DNA of 64,000 bases from Octopus vulgaris (lineage: Eukaryota), in the NCBI GenBank assembly GCA_951406725.2, contig OX597825.1, positions 60,760,001 to 60,824,000 on the forward strand, read 5' to 3'. A program made the position numbers and the translations under genes. Positions 28,348-41,958 of the stretch are shown one piece after another (the stretch's first letter is position 1; the number at the start of each line of letters is the position of its first letter). The notes under the pieces were generated by a model, which saw only the letters and a program-made list of their open reading frames with translations, was not told where the DNA came from and made no database searches.

Positions 28348-28351
<4 letters not shown>
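27595..28351 (+). mobile_element. PLE-like non-autonomous element: 5' inverted arm + 69-bp direct repeat + decayed hammerhead
   Basis: 27595-27725 is the reverse complement of parts of 28048-28233; 27725-27793 = 28283-28351; 'ttgacaa gga..gaacc ttc ggttc..tcc a GAAAC ga GTC' at 28015-28057. Confidence 0.75.
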
Positions 28352-28405
<54 letters not shown>

Positions 28406-28488
28406 CCTTCATATAAATATGTGTGTGCGTATACGTGTTTTCTACTGCTCTTTCTAGCACAAGGCTTTCCTATTTGGAAGCCTCTTAT

Positions 28489-28539
<51 letters not shown>

Positions 28540-28567
28540 GCATACGCACACATATTTATATGGAGGG

Positions 28568-29858
28568 TACGAGATGTGATGCATTTGAGGGCGAGGAAAT
28601 ACTACTTAATTTAATAAAATATACCTACTCAAGCAAAGACAAATGTATCTTAATAAAACATATTTCTGAATATCTTCACGACTATAAGTTTTCCTCTAAG
28701 TTTATCTTATTGATTCGCCTTTAAAGTTTATAATTGCTTCTTACGTGCTCGGAATCGTTTATATGCCTGCATAAAAGTTCCTTATTCATTTCGGACACCA
28801 CCTGGATAATGTCAGCCATCAGTAAGACTATTTTATTTTAAGTATGCTGATTACTCTTTCTTTCAACAACGTAGCAAGCGTGGAAATCTGTGGCATTTAA
28901 ATCTGGTGATTTAGAATTCACAAATTTGGTGTTACATAATCGTTATATATTTATTGAGAAGGGTTGAGTCATCTTGAAAGACGCATAGACTTCCACGGCA
29001 TACATCATCTATTCAGGGCTTACTCCTCTCTCCAGCATCTCAAGTATCAAGTAACGTTAATTCTAAGTCCTTCAGTGTAAAGAAAAATGTGAATTGGCAC
29101 GACATGATCTTCGTTTTGCCCACTCTTAGAATTGTCACAATTGCTGAAAACTTAGATTCTTTCACCCTAGAAGGATATAGATATAATTGTCTGTCATTGT
29201 ACATGTTATCTATCATTGTACATGCACTCTAGTATCTCTGGGATTTCTTGGTATGAAGTAGGCTAAACTGATCTTGTTTAATGTTCTGATCAGAGAAGAA
29301 CCAAAGCATGCTACGTTCGCGATAATTTTTAGTCCTATTAAGTAACCGCATAGCACAAATCAAACGGTTTTCCTGTGTCTTTGCAAGAATAAATTGGCAC
29401 GCCCACAGTACATACGGCTTACATCGAATATCCTTGTACACCAACTTTCTCATAGTCTACTCCAAGACTTGAAGTTCTTTGGCGAAGGCTTTCAGTGATT
29501 TTCCAGGATCAACATCGATAATGTTTGAGACTTGTTGAATGAATTGCAGTGTCTTTATAGTAAGCGAATCTTTAGCACATGTTATTCTCTTTGATACAAT
29601 TGAAACATTCCCTCCAAATGCTACACTTCACATTTCATCTGAAAGGTGTATATAAAAGATCTTGCAAAATTTTCAAAGTTGGACATATTTAAATCCCTGT
29701 GTTCCGTTCATATGACAAAAATAACTGCATGCCCTTTCATATCTTGTGTTAGCATTTTATCTGTCATAGTGGGGGATCTGAAAGAAATGTAAATCTTCTG
29801 AATGATATGAAGTGAGCAATGTATTCATAATTGTTCTCAAATACGCCTCATGATCGTA
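28568..29858 (-). mobile_element. decayed Tc1/mariner DNA transposon (maT/DD37D-like); transposase pseudogene ~28705-29767
   Basis: Minus-strand translation: MTDKMLTQDMKGHAVI / FIQQVSNIIDVDPGKSLKAFAKELQV / KTQENRL..MLWFFSD / VFQDDS (28961-28983) / SPDLNATDFHACYVVE (28862-28910). Weak TIR-like ends 'tacgag.tgtga.gcatttgag'. Confidence 0.88.
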
Positions 29859-30254
29859 TGTACGTATATACAAACATTATACATAAACACAAACCTATAC
29901 TCGTATATACATAATGTATATGCATGCGTTTGGTATAAACAGGCCGAAGAGTCAAGTTTACTACTCAAATAAAATTTAAACTCACAATGAACACAGCCAG
30001 GATGAACGTCGCGAGACATCAGAGCTGATGTTCTTGCAGTTTCACCGATCCACTGTCGCAAATTTGTACATTTTATTATCGAAATCCAAATCATAAAAGC
30101 AAAGTGACCATCTGCGGTAGGTGATATTAGCGCACCATGTGTCTGAACAAATATTGTAAAGACTTCTGTCCGACGCTCGAAAGACATACTTGTGTGTATA
30201 GTTGATACTGAATGCATTCTATGCACGTAGTAGATTTTAAATTTAAAGATACAT

Positions 30255-30297
<43 letters not shown>

Positions 30298-30667
30298 TAT
30301 ATACTTCGAGAGATACACACACATACACACAAAGATACACACACACACATACACACAAATATGGACACACACGCACAAACGCATGCACGCGAGTGCACAA
30401 ACGTGTGAGTTTGTGTGAGTGTATAAGCGCAACTCTGTGTAGAGATATAAAACCAGTATATAATCGGGAAGCAAGCCACTTGAATCGTGACAAAAAGAAA
30501 GATAAGAGGGTCTACGCCCTGTTGTCTCCTAAAATTGCATATAAACTACTTGCATCCCTTTTTATATCTGTGTTATTTGTTTCATTCTTGCCGTCGTTGA
30601 AACAAGTAACACAAACCACTTATCAAAAGCTTACATAAAAAAATAAAAGAAAAGAAAACGTATATTA

Positions 30668-32182
30668 GTATTCTGAAGACGGCTTATCTACGCCAATATA
30701 AATAATTGCCTGGGAAGCACAAGTCGAGAATCTTCTAATCAGAAACCACGCTGTTTCGTCTCTCGAAATTACTTTGAAATTTCTGAAATTGTTAAATTTG
30801 CCTCAACATGGCGATGCTTCCAAGTCGCTAGATTAGCTACTCGGATCTTAAGAATGACAAAAGCACGTGAGTGATCATTAAAATGGTAATTAAGCAAATC
30901 CTGTGTCTGCTTCAAAGTGGTCACAAAAATCTCCATCGTGAATTTATCTCGGTTTTCTTGGATAGCAATTACATCGAAATCTTCTTTACTTTTGCCTTGC
31001 AAAGTAGTAAAAGTTGTTTAAACGCAAATTTCAGTTCGCTTAACTGATGATAAAATTCCTTGGTTATAATTAGTTCCTTTTACAAATGTGTGCGAAAGAG
31101 ACAGAGAGACAGAGAGAGAGAGAATGGTAAGAAGGTAGAGAAAAAGAACGGATACCAGGAGAAATAGTGAGACGTCAGTGAGACAGAATGTATGAGAGAG
31201 AAAGAAAGATTATTTGATTTTGAGAATGTGTGTTTTTGTATGTATGTATGTATGTATGTATGTATGTATTTATGCATGCATGTGTGGTGATTTCTATCAG
31301 TAATGTGTGAATATCTGTGCGTTTCGGATAGTTATACTTAGCTGGCTAATTTGCAATACTGCGTTATCGTGTTCGCATAGATTTCTTTTTAAATATATGT
31401 ACGCCTGTATATTCGTTTTTATGTATATGTATGATTGCATATAATACCTGTGTGATAATGACAATTCTCGTCGTGGTTACAGTGTTTAATCTGGTAACGT
31501 TCTTGTTGCTATATTAATTCCACTTGTTGGAAGACGTGTCGCTGAGAAATGTTCTCATTGACAAATTAAACCTCACAGGATCTAATTCAATGTAAGTATT
31601 GTATACTTGAATTATTGAACGGAACTCACTGTAGAATTGTTTGAAATAATCTCCCAGTGGATAAAAAACATTAGAAATAGTAAAAGAAAAGAAAAAGCTG
31701 GAGTGATATTCTGCGAACGAGAAACACTATACATTGAGGAAAAATCTGTATCTTATGAAGGAGAAGCAATGATCTGCGGAATGGAACTAGACCTAAATAC
31801 GAACGAAATGAAATTCACAGCTATTCGTAAGAAAGACAATGATCTGATAAAATACTTTTCCAATAGACACATATAATATGGAGTTGAGATACGGAACGAG
31901 ACGAAAAATGGGATCCCATTTTAAGCATTATAAAAAAAGACATAATGGTGAAAAACACACAGACCTTACAAAGTATTATGCTTCAAAGATCCAGAAGGCA
32001 TGGTCTCCACCTTTGCGCAATATCATACAGGAACATTTTACGGGAAATTTTGGTATTTCTAGCCGTATATTTGTATTATGAAGATGGCTTATCTACGCCA
32101 ATATAAATAATTGCTTGGGAAACACAAGTTGAGAATCTTATAATCAGAAACCATGCTCTATCGTCCATGAAATTATTTTGAT
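30668..32182. repeat. two ~115-bp direct repeats (30668-30780 and 32073-32182), 1.4 kb apart
   Basis: 'tgaaga.ggcttatctacgccaatataaataattgc.tgggaa.cacaagt.gagaatctt.taatcagaaacca' occurs twice. Confidence 0.85.
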
Positions 32183-32865
32183 GAAACATACCCTAGGGGT
32201 ATTATAAGCAAAGTGAGGAGACCCCTTTAAACACAGGTTGGGGTTTAAATGTTTGAAATTTTTTGTCATCTTCTTAAATTTGTAATACATACGTTATGTA
32301 AAGTCTCTTACTCTAGCCCTCGTCTACGAATCCCTTCTCTTACTCACCCCAACAACTCGTCGTCTTTGTAAGCCTCCATTTAATGTTTACGTATATTTTT
32401 GTGTTGTTCTTCACATTCTTGTGGTTAATAACGAAAATATTATTAATGCTGTTGTTGTTGTTTTGTGTTTGTTTTCAGCGAGTGAAGAAGGAATATCTTG
32501 GTGTCGCTGGCTGAGGGAGGAGAAGAAATAAACTTTTACTCGGTGCTTTAACACGCACGCACAGTAACAAACGTAGCACGTACGTAAATATGAATATATG
32601 TATGTGTGTGTGTTTATTGAGTGTGTGTGTATGTGTGTGTAGTGTGTGGGTGTTATGGGTACACGCTTGCTTGCACGCAATCATGCTACGGTGCTGAGAA
32701 GTCACCAATCCAAGTGCAACACCAACACACACACTTACACACATACGCACACAGATATGTAAGTATGCATGCATACATATATATATATATATATATATTT
32801 GTATATATATATATATATATATATTTGTATATATATATATGCATATATATATATGTATATATATA

Positions 32866-32929
<64 letters not shown>

Positions 32930-35049
32930 TATGTATACCCGAGAGCAGAAATCAATGGAGAATATTAAATGAAACTATTTTCATATCTCTTCTTGTTACT
33001 TTTGTATCTATACGGGTAGTTTTTGTATTTCTTTTAAATATATAAAATAATATATACTCTTTTCAAAATTTATATTTCAAACATTAAAATAGATTTCAGT
33101 ATTTATAGATCGTCTTTTAATAGACAGGCAAACCTATCTTCTCCATAGTTTGGTCTGCTTCTTTTTCGCTCCATGTGTTGTTATTTTTATGAGTTTTTTA
33201 AATCTTTTTTTTTATTCAATTTTCTTGTTACATTTTTTTTCTACTTCACTGCTTCGGTACCTTTTCCATCTTTTCTCTCTAGATTTTCTTAAAATTTTTA
33301 CTAATATATTCTCCTTTTCTTTTTGTTGTTATTTTTGCCGTTGATACTGTCATAAGGTATTTGATTGTTAGTTGTTTTAGTTTCGTTTTGTATTCTGCTT
33401 AAATATATTTTTTTTTCTTTTTAATGGTTTCTTATGTTTCGCTGTTATTTCATGTTATATTGTATTTTTTTTTCAAACTTGAAGTTATTAAATATTCCAG
33501 CAGATTTATTTTATCTCTTCTGTTTATTTATTTATTTATTTGTGTGTTTGTTTGTGTATTCTACTATATTTTTCGTAAATACTTCGAGGTTTTCATGATA
33601 TTGAAAATATCATAGCTATTCGTGTTTGTGTCTGTGTTACTGTGTATGTGTTTGTATGTCTTTCCTCTTTGCCAATTATCTTCGACACTACAAGATGGTT
33701 GTATGTTGTGTCTCTTCCCCGCAGGGAGTAGAAATTGAACGTTATTTGCACTAGTACTGTGTGAATTCAAATAAATAAATACACGTCAGAATACAGAAAT
33801 GTTTATTGATATAAAACTCGGGTACGGCTTTCAAATCTCAACAAAGCAGATCTCTCACCTATTTTAATGGTATATTATTGGCATCTTTGTGTCTGCAAAT
33901 ATACAGACGATGCTCTGATTCTTAGCACTTTATTATCCCTGAGGATTTCATGGTATGAAGTAGGTTAAACATATATTCCACGTAAAACATTCACTTTTAC
34001 CGGTATTCAATATTTTTGTTGTATTTTTTGCTACTCTCCTCCAGTTTAGACTTAACTGAGCAAATCTGATTTTAAAATATGTCCTTCTAGCTCGGAGCAT
34101 TGTCAGTTCCGTTTCTATTTATGCATACATACATGCACAAAGTGTGCATGTATATATATATATATATATATTTATATGCATGCATATTTCTCTATGTGCA
34201 TATGTATATATGTATATATTGTTGTAATGAAGAGATTTTGTGTTTATGTCTAATTTTTGGGAAAAGACCGCACAGCTCAAACTCCCTTAACAATAACACT
34301 ATGTATAGTCCGTCCCACCAATGTCACGCGAGTTTTCGGTGTGAGTTGGTAAGAGCTGGATTATTTAGAAAACATGAGTGTTTATAATGCATCTCACTGC
34401 TTAATGTATACTGGTTTACAATAAAAGCAACGCGCGCAGCCATTTGCTATAAAGGTAATGGAACTTAAAAAGAAATAAGTAGAAACTGGTATTCAATACT
34501 TGCTTCAGTATAACACACATTTGGTATATTTGATCAAAACATATCACAACTTATCATATATTAGTAACGAATGTGCTAATCAAAGTTAATTTACCAAAAT
34601 TTAATATAACATGCCATCTATACATTAAAATATCATCATGTCTTATCTGTATTTCAAAATGTAACTTTGAGACAGCAATATATCAGAATATAGAAGTTTT
34701 ATTCAATATACATTCACTATATAATTCATATTGAATGTAAGTGAATTTCCTTATAAGATATATTACAATTCTCATGCACAAAGAGATACATATTTGAAAT
34801 TCACATCTATAGACTTCAAACAGTGTTCATATAAATATACTGTATTTACATTTGACAGATATTTGTCCTCATCTTTTGGTTGATATATCCTTCATCAGGT
34901 GTCTTGGTTCTCATTCTTAAGGTATTTTTCGATGTTGTTGGTATTATTATTATTATGAATTGAACTCGGAATCTTGAGGTTAGTAGCCCGCGCTCTTAAC
35001 CATTACACCATATGCCCGTGGGCAATATATGGAATGAATTTTAGGGCTT

Positions 35050-35815
35050 ATAAATCTAATATTTTCCTATCCTTCTTTAATACCGGTTCCCATACGCCAT
35101 TCATATCGGCACTCGGTCTGCTTAGGAGGTTGTTGTGTCCTAGCATATGTGCTGCTTCTTTTAGTTTTCGTATTTTCCAGTGGTGTTCAAGGTTTATTAT
35201 TTAAACTTCATCCCACAGGGGGAGGTGGTCTCCATTTTTCCATACATGCTCAGCTAGACCCGATTTATCAATATCTCCTCGTGCCACAGCTTTGCAATGT
35301 TCCTCTACCCTTATTTTGAGGGGTTGGCATGTTTCACCTTTGTATAACCTACCACAGCTGCATGGGATGGAGTAGACACAGTTTTTGGTCATATTCTCTT
35401 CTATTGGTGGCTTTACCCGAATGAGGCATTTGCGAAGTGTTGCATTACTCTTGAATATTGTCCTGATGTTATGTGGGCCGCATATCTTTTGTATCTTTTC
35501 GGAGAGGCCTTTCACATAGGGTAGACAGACTGTAGACAGTTTATTGGTTTCATCCTCTCTTTTCTTCATAATTGGAGTGGATAGTATGTTTTGCGGGTAG
35601 TTGTTGCTTAATAGATTGTTAATGAGCTTGATCGTTTCTTCGTGGTGGATACCAAGATCGCTGTTTTAGGCACTGAGCAATCCCTCTCTTTACACTGTAT
35701 GGATGGTAGGAATTGAAGTTGAGGTAGCGTCCAGTGAAGGTCGGCTTGCGGTATACGGATGTCCTGAATCCATAGTTGTTGCGTGTTATTAATACGTCCA
35801 AGAATGCTAGCTGAT
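35050..35815 (-). pseudogene. PLE reverse transcriptase C-terminus + GIY-YIG endonuclease, disrupted
   Basis: ORFs 35619-35801 and 35201-35569, continuing past the stop as IINLEHHWKIRKLKEAAHMLGHNNLLSRPS..WEPVL. Confidence 0.92.
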
Positions 35816-35866
35816 TGTCTTTTTTTCACCTAAGGAATGAGAACCCAGGTTCGAAATTTCCCCAAG

Positions 35867-35910
35867 ACACCTGATGAAAGCTGGAGGTTATATCAGCCGA
35901 AACGTTGTGT
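35867..35910 (+). ncRNA. minimal hammerhead ribozyme motif in PLE pseudo-LTR
   Basis: ACAC-CUGAUGA-aa-GCUG(gagguuauau)CAGC-c-GAAAC-GUU^GUGU; loop 3 absent (palindrome AACGUU). Confidence 0.8.
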
Positions 35911-36350
35911 TAACATCAAAGATGAAGACAAATATCCGTCGAATGTAAATAATGCAAATAATATACATAATTCCTCATCTCTTAAATATAGAACTGTATT
36001 ATCAAAATACATTACTGAATATAATCCAGACATTATTTTTATGAACGTAATTAAAATAACATAACTATGGTAGATTTAATAATATATAATTTCATGCTCA
36101 ATGAATATAAAAAGTTGCTTTTTTTTTGTAGAGAGTCTGTTTCCTGTTAAATTTCCATGATCATCCCTCCGTACGAGTTCAGAATATTCATACTTCAAGA
36201 ATATATATTCATGCATATATGTATATGGACATACATACATACATACATGCATACATATGTATATATATGTATATACACACACACGCACATATATGGGTCT
36301 CTCTCTCTCTCTCTCTCTCTCTCAATATATATATATATATATATATATAG

Positions 36351-37068
36351 AAAAGTGTACGTACGCCGCAATGTGTACATAAAAAGGAATACAAAAACTG
36401 GAACAAGAACGCAAAACAGCCAGACAGATGATACAAAAAAAGGACAAGAAAAAACACCGACAGATCATTCGAACTTTTCTTTCCTCAGTCGAGTTCCAAA
36501 TTATCTTTGTAGTTTCGGTTGGTTATACTCGAGATCGCTCCAATCTGGCCAGCCCCAAGGAACATCTAAGCTAAGATCACTAGATTCCTTGGCAGAAACC
36601 AGCGAATATATACGAAAACAAGGACGGAAAAATGGAGGAATGGTACACAAATACAAATACAAATAACAGGCCATAACAACAGGTGTCTTTCGACTGAGGA
36701 CGAATTAAATTAAGTTGGTGCGTGTGGAAGTGAAGCTTTACGGCAGGGACATAAGAGATGACAGGCATGGTGAGGAATATAGATGTTACACGGATGGTAG
36801 TTGAACCGAGAAAGAAAGGTCAGGCTTGGCCGAACACCGGTCATGTGGAGAGAGACGAGAGGGGTAGAGGCTGACGAACAGAAGAATTAGGGAGGGACGA
36901 GAAAAAAGAAAAGGGACAGAGTGAAGTGAAAGGGGAGGGAAGGTGAGAATGAAGAAAAAGCCAGGAATGTAAGAGAGTGGGAACGAATGTAAAGAAGAGT
37001 GGAAAGAACGAACTGTGAAGGGCTGATAGAAGGAAAGAAAGAATGAAAGAATAAGAGAGTCGTACAAA

Positions 37069-37108
<40 letters not shown>

Positions 37109-37160
37109 TTACATATAAGAGATCAAAGTGTACGTACGCCGCAATATGTACGACTCTCTC
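36351..37160 (-). mobile_element. non-autonomous element related in layout to family E
   Basis: Bounded by direct repeat 'aaagtgtacgtacgccgcaat.tgtac' (36352 and 37127); 'gagagtcgtaca' (37056) is inverted at 37147; purine-rich body. Confidence 0.55.
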
Positions 37161-37179
37161 ATAAGTAGATGTTCCAACG

Positions 37180-37545
37180 ATCAATAAGAGTTTTCATGGA
37201 ATCGCAAAGATGCTACGAATGGCCCTAAATGTGAAATGGCAGCAACATATGACAAACGAATGCTTTTATGGAGAATTGCCGAAAGTTAGCGAGAAGATGC
37301 GGCAAAGATGACTGCGACTATCTGGTTACTGTGTGCGCCCCTGTAAGCTGGGATTATCCAAATTAGTCATGCAGAATCCACTTCAAGGTGATGTAAGAAG
37401 AATAAAATGTCGTCACGCATCGACAACGTGATCGCAGACACTGGTCTCGAATGTATCCAGGAGCTCGGGGCAGTAACATTGAACCGAAAAGTATGACGGG
37501 CGGACTTTTTTTTGCAACTCTGCAGTTTGAAACTCGGCCATAAAA
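37180..37545 (+). mobile_element. decayed RTE-clade LINE, ORF C-terminus
   Basis: KMLRMALNVKWQQHMTNECFYGELPKVSEKMRQR*LRLSGYCVR / LSKLVMQNPLQG / IDNVIADTGLECIQELGAVTLNRKV: typical RTE C-terminal motifs. Confidence 0.88.
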
Positions 37546-38927
37546 CAATTCAAGGGGCTTTAGTCTGATATATTAGATGCTCACATTTATAGTTATATTC
37601 ACTTCGAAATTCATCCTTAAAATTATTTATTTCTTTTATATACTTGAAGCGCTTCCGCTTTCTCAATCTTACTGATGTCGAGAAATTGTACCGACGGCAG
37701 TTACACTATACTCGGCAAGAAAATTGTGAATATGAATATATAAATATGTAGGAATCAAACCGAGAAAATAAAGGCTTCTTCACACAATGTCATACTATTT
37801 TATTAGCACTCAGGACCTCAGTCCATATGATTGTAGTAGCTAATAATAAAAGAGTTATGTTTCAAGGTAGATTAATACAGCAAATAACTTTCTGAAACAT
37901 CTGACCTTTCTCTGTTAATATCTCCTATAAAACAGAAAACTATAAACGACGTTCAAATCTGTTCGCAAATAAAACCATACAGAATCTTATCTATGTATAT
38001 CTATAGAAAGTAAAATTTTCTTCTATCATGCCTGCAGCGCGATAAGTATTGAATGCTAGCCAATATCGAAGCTAACATTATTAATATATTATACCCCTTC
38101 CTGTTCTTCCAACCGTTTTATTACTTTATATTATTCGTCTATATCGATGATTGTGTCGCGCTTACTTAGATACTTGGAGAAAATTATTACTGAGATTCGC
38201 ATCATCTCGACAAACTAATTCATTTTGTTTCTCTTGCGACTTTGATTTCCCTGTTGGACATTTTCCGAAATTATAACGAAAGACAGAGACAGAGTTGGAG
38301 AGAAAAAGAGAGAGAAGGAGAGAAACAGAAGGAAAGACAGAGAAAGAGAGTCTTAAATTACACAATAGGAACATCTTAGATAAACACAGACAAGTGATGA
38401 AACCGAAGTTTCTAGATTCTCTCGCGAGTTTTAATTGTTTCACTGTCTTTATGTGCACAATTAGCGTTTCTTATTATTTCTTAATATTTATTTTTATTTT
38501 TTAATACTTTTCAACTTGGTTCAATAAATTCTGTTTTCTTCTTTTCATTTTATATTAAATTGTCACTACCATAAACCGACTAACGCATGAAATTCAATTC
38601 AACAAAACGAAAAAAGAAATCTAAAAAAAAAAAATTAATAACAAACAAGTGACGTGGTGTTGCTGTTGGTGATGGAGACATAAAATAAAATAAACCACAT
38701 TTTCTGATTTGCTGCTTTTTTAAGGCGGAATGTTTCTAGTTTTCAGCTTGTTTATAAATATTGTTTTCGTGACAAATAAAGCAGCAATAATTCAATTTAT
38801 CTTCCTTCTGTTTCAGTTTTATCCCCAACAAAGAAACAAGGTATTGAAATAGAACAACATTCAGCATTTGTCAATACGGTAAAGATTCTTTCAATTTAAT
38901 TTCTCTCTGCTTATTATCGTTGTCTGC

Positions 38928-38982
<55 letters not shown>

Positions 38983-39001
38983 ATATATATATATATATAT
39001 G

Positions 39002-39045
<44 letters not shown>

Positions 39046-39048
39046 CAT

Positions 39049-39105
<57 letters not shown>

Positions 39106-39240
39106 TGTGTATGTGTATGGATGGATGGATACATGTAGGTATGTAAAAAGTATACAGATCTATGTAATATAGAATAATATATAATACATAAAGACGTATA
39201 ATTTGTATCATATATATAATTTATAACATAAACCCTATGG

Positions 39241-39296
<56 letters not shown>

Positions 39297-39530
39297 TTTA
39301 TTCTATTCCTATTCGTTTATTCTTTCACTTATTTCAGTTTGACTGCGGCCATGCTGGTGCACCACCTTAAGAGGTTGTAGCCGAACAAATCGACTCCAGG
39401 ACTTATTCTTTGTAAGCGTAGTTCTCATTCTATTGGTCACTTTTGCTGAACCACTTAGTTACGGGGACGCAGACACACCAACATCGGTTGTCAAGCGATG
39501 GTGGGGGGACAAACACTGACAAAAATGCAT
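39297..39530 (-). mobile_element. SINE family A 3' half
   Basis: 'gactgcggccatgctgg...ggacttattctttgtaagc...catcggttgtcaagcgatggtggggggacaaac'. Confidence 0.88.
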
Positions 39531-40220
39531 AAATATATACATACATACACACACTTACGCACACAACACACACACACATATATAACACACGCATGCCCTC
39601 ACATACGAGCGCACATGTACAAACACATACAGACACACACACACGCACACGGGAACACACACACATACACACACACACACGCACACACACCTACACACAC
39701 GTGCGTTCGAGCACATGTATGTTTCTGTGTGCGTATATATCATAAGGTTCATTCTGTTGCGACCCAGGAAATTTTCCGCGTATTTTTCTTACAATGATTA
39801 TGTCTACATATTGAATAGTGTGTCCTCAAATGTACACTACTAGTACCAAACACAACACAACGCACAAGCACAACCAATTCGACCACCGACATTGAACGGT
39901 GCTGAAAGCTTTTAGTCAGCCACTGTTATACTTCTGTGCTTTTTAGCCTTATACACCTATACAACGTGCTTTATCATGATGTATACGACATTATAATGGC
40001 GTTCTTATAGTTTATCTATGTTAAGTAAGGTACATAGAAAGATGTACTGAATTATTATGTTCCTATTGCTAAAGACGAAAAAAAATATATATATATATGT
40101 GTGTGTGTGTGTGTATGAGATGGGGTTGTGCGTATATTTTCGTCTTTAGCAATAGGAATATAATTAGTTCAGTACATTTTTCTATATACCTCATATATAT
40201 AGATTTATATATTTATATTA

Positions 40221-40392
40221 GTAGGAGTGGCTGTGTGGTAAGTAGCTTGTTTACCAACCACATGGTTCCGGATTCAGTCCCACTGCGTGGCACCTTGGTC
40301 AAGTGACTTCTACTATAGCCTCAGGCCAACCAAAGCCTTGTGAGTGGATTTGGTAGACGGAAACTCAAAGAAGCCCGTCGTATATATGTATG

Positions 40393-40433
<41 letters not shown>

Positions 40434-40659
40434 GTGTATGCGTGTGTATATGTTTGTGTGTCTGTGTTTGTCCCCCCCCCCCCACATCGCTTGATAATCG
40501 ATGCTGGTGTGTATACGTCACCATAACTTAGCGGTTCGGCAAAAGACACCGATAGAATAAGTACTAGGCTTACAAAGAATAAGTCATGGGATCGATTTGC
40601 TCGACTAAAGGCGGTGCTCCAGCATAGCCACAGTCAAACGACTGAAACAAGTAAAAGAG

Positions 40660-40660
<1 letters not shown>
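40221..40660 (+). mobile_element. full-length SINE family A
   Basis: A/B boxes, CORE-like block, internal microsatellite, tail 'aaacaagtaaaagag'. Confidence 0.95.
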
Positions 40661-40713
<53 letters not shown>

Positions 40714-40822
40714 CAAAAGTTACAAAATGAAGGGACAAGGGATGTGACTTTGATGCATGGAAATTATAAAATTTACATGCTCGAAACTTCCTGCCGTAGA
40801 GTCATTTTGGAACACCTGCCAG

Positions 40823-40866
<44 letters not shown>

Positions 40867-40976
40867 GAAAACACCTACTTACATACACGTATGCATACAT
40901 GCATACATAAGCACACACACATACATATACATATATATACGCATAAGGTGTGTGTGTTTCTGTATTTGTGATTGTT

Positions 40977-41015
<39 letters not shown>

Positions 41016-41301
41016 ATGTGTGTGCGTATGTTGATATATAACTTGCACGATTAAGGTGTGATATTCTGTTTGGTGAGCGTGCCAAAACAGAGTGAAAGGT
41101 ACTCTGCTCTAGAAATATTCACACTGAATTCAGTTCGTGAATTGAACTGTACAAATCTAAAAATTCTATTTGAACGAAAAATTTAAACATTTGATGTAAC
41201 GCAAATCATTTTTTAAATTACTATTTCGTGCTGCTGCTACTACTGCTACTTCTGCTTCTGCTGCTGCTGCTGCTCCGGCTTCCATGACAACGACAACAAC
41301 T

Positions 41302-41475
41302 GTGGAGGCGCAATGGTCTAGTGGTTAGGGCAGCGGGCTCGTGGTCTTAAGAACGCGGTTTCGATTGTGAGTGTTTATTGGGCAAAAACACATAAGCTCC
41401 ACGAGAATCCAGCGGGTGTGGGGAACCCCGCTGTACTCTTTCACCACAACTCTTTCTTTCACTCTTTCTTACTAC
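41302..41475 (+). mobile_element. tRNA-derived SINE, family D
   Basis: ggaggcgcaaTGGTCTAGTGGttagggcagcgg...GGTTTCGATT, i.e. Pol III A and B boxes, followed by a non-tRNA body. Confidence 0.7.
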
Positions 41476-41763
41476 TTCTGCAACAAAGCAGAGGAACCAT
41501 GGTGTAACCCACTATGGTGTGGTAAACTTTCAGACCCTAGTCTAGATTGTGAATCCTCTGTACCCCAGGATGGTTCAGCTCTCCACCCGTTAAAAGTCAC
41601 TTTTTACGGAAAGAGAATAACAACGTAGCTTTTGCTCCAGTGCAACCGCCAGTCTATCGCGTGTGGTGGGTGGATCTTCAAGTTGCCACACGCATTCTTT
41701 GTAGTTTAGAGTAGGCTCGAATTAGAGATTATTCTTTGTGGCTAATGGCGTGAGTCCTGATTG

Positions 41764-41958
<195 letters not shown>

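Larger units (their letters stand above)
34820..36000 (-). mobile_element. 5'-truncated Penelope-like element (Poseidon-like) with inverted pseudo-LTRs
   Basis: RT-thumb 'FLDVLI..FRTSVYRKPTFTGRYLNFNSYHP' and GIY-YIG 'LPYVKGLSEKI...NCVYSIPCSCGRLYKGET..LKIRVEEH...SGLAEHVW'; 34840-34922 is an inverted copy (with deletions) of 35828-35955. Confidence 0.93.

Noticed and set aside
41302-41375. tRNA-like sequence (also the heads at 13431, 40221, 48368)
   Set aside because: A/B boxes are present but there is no complete cloverleaf, and each continues into a SINE body.
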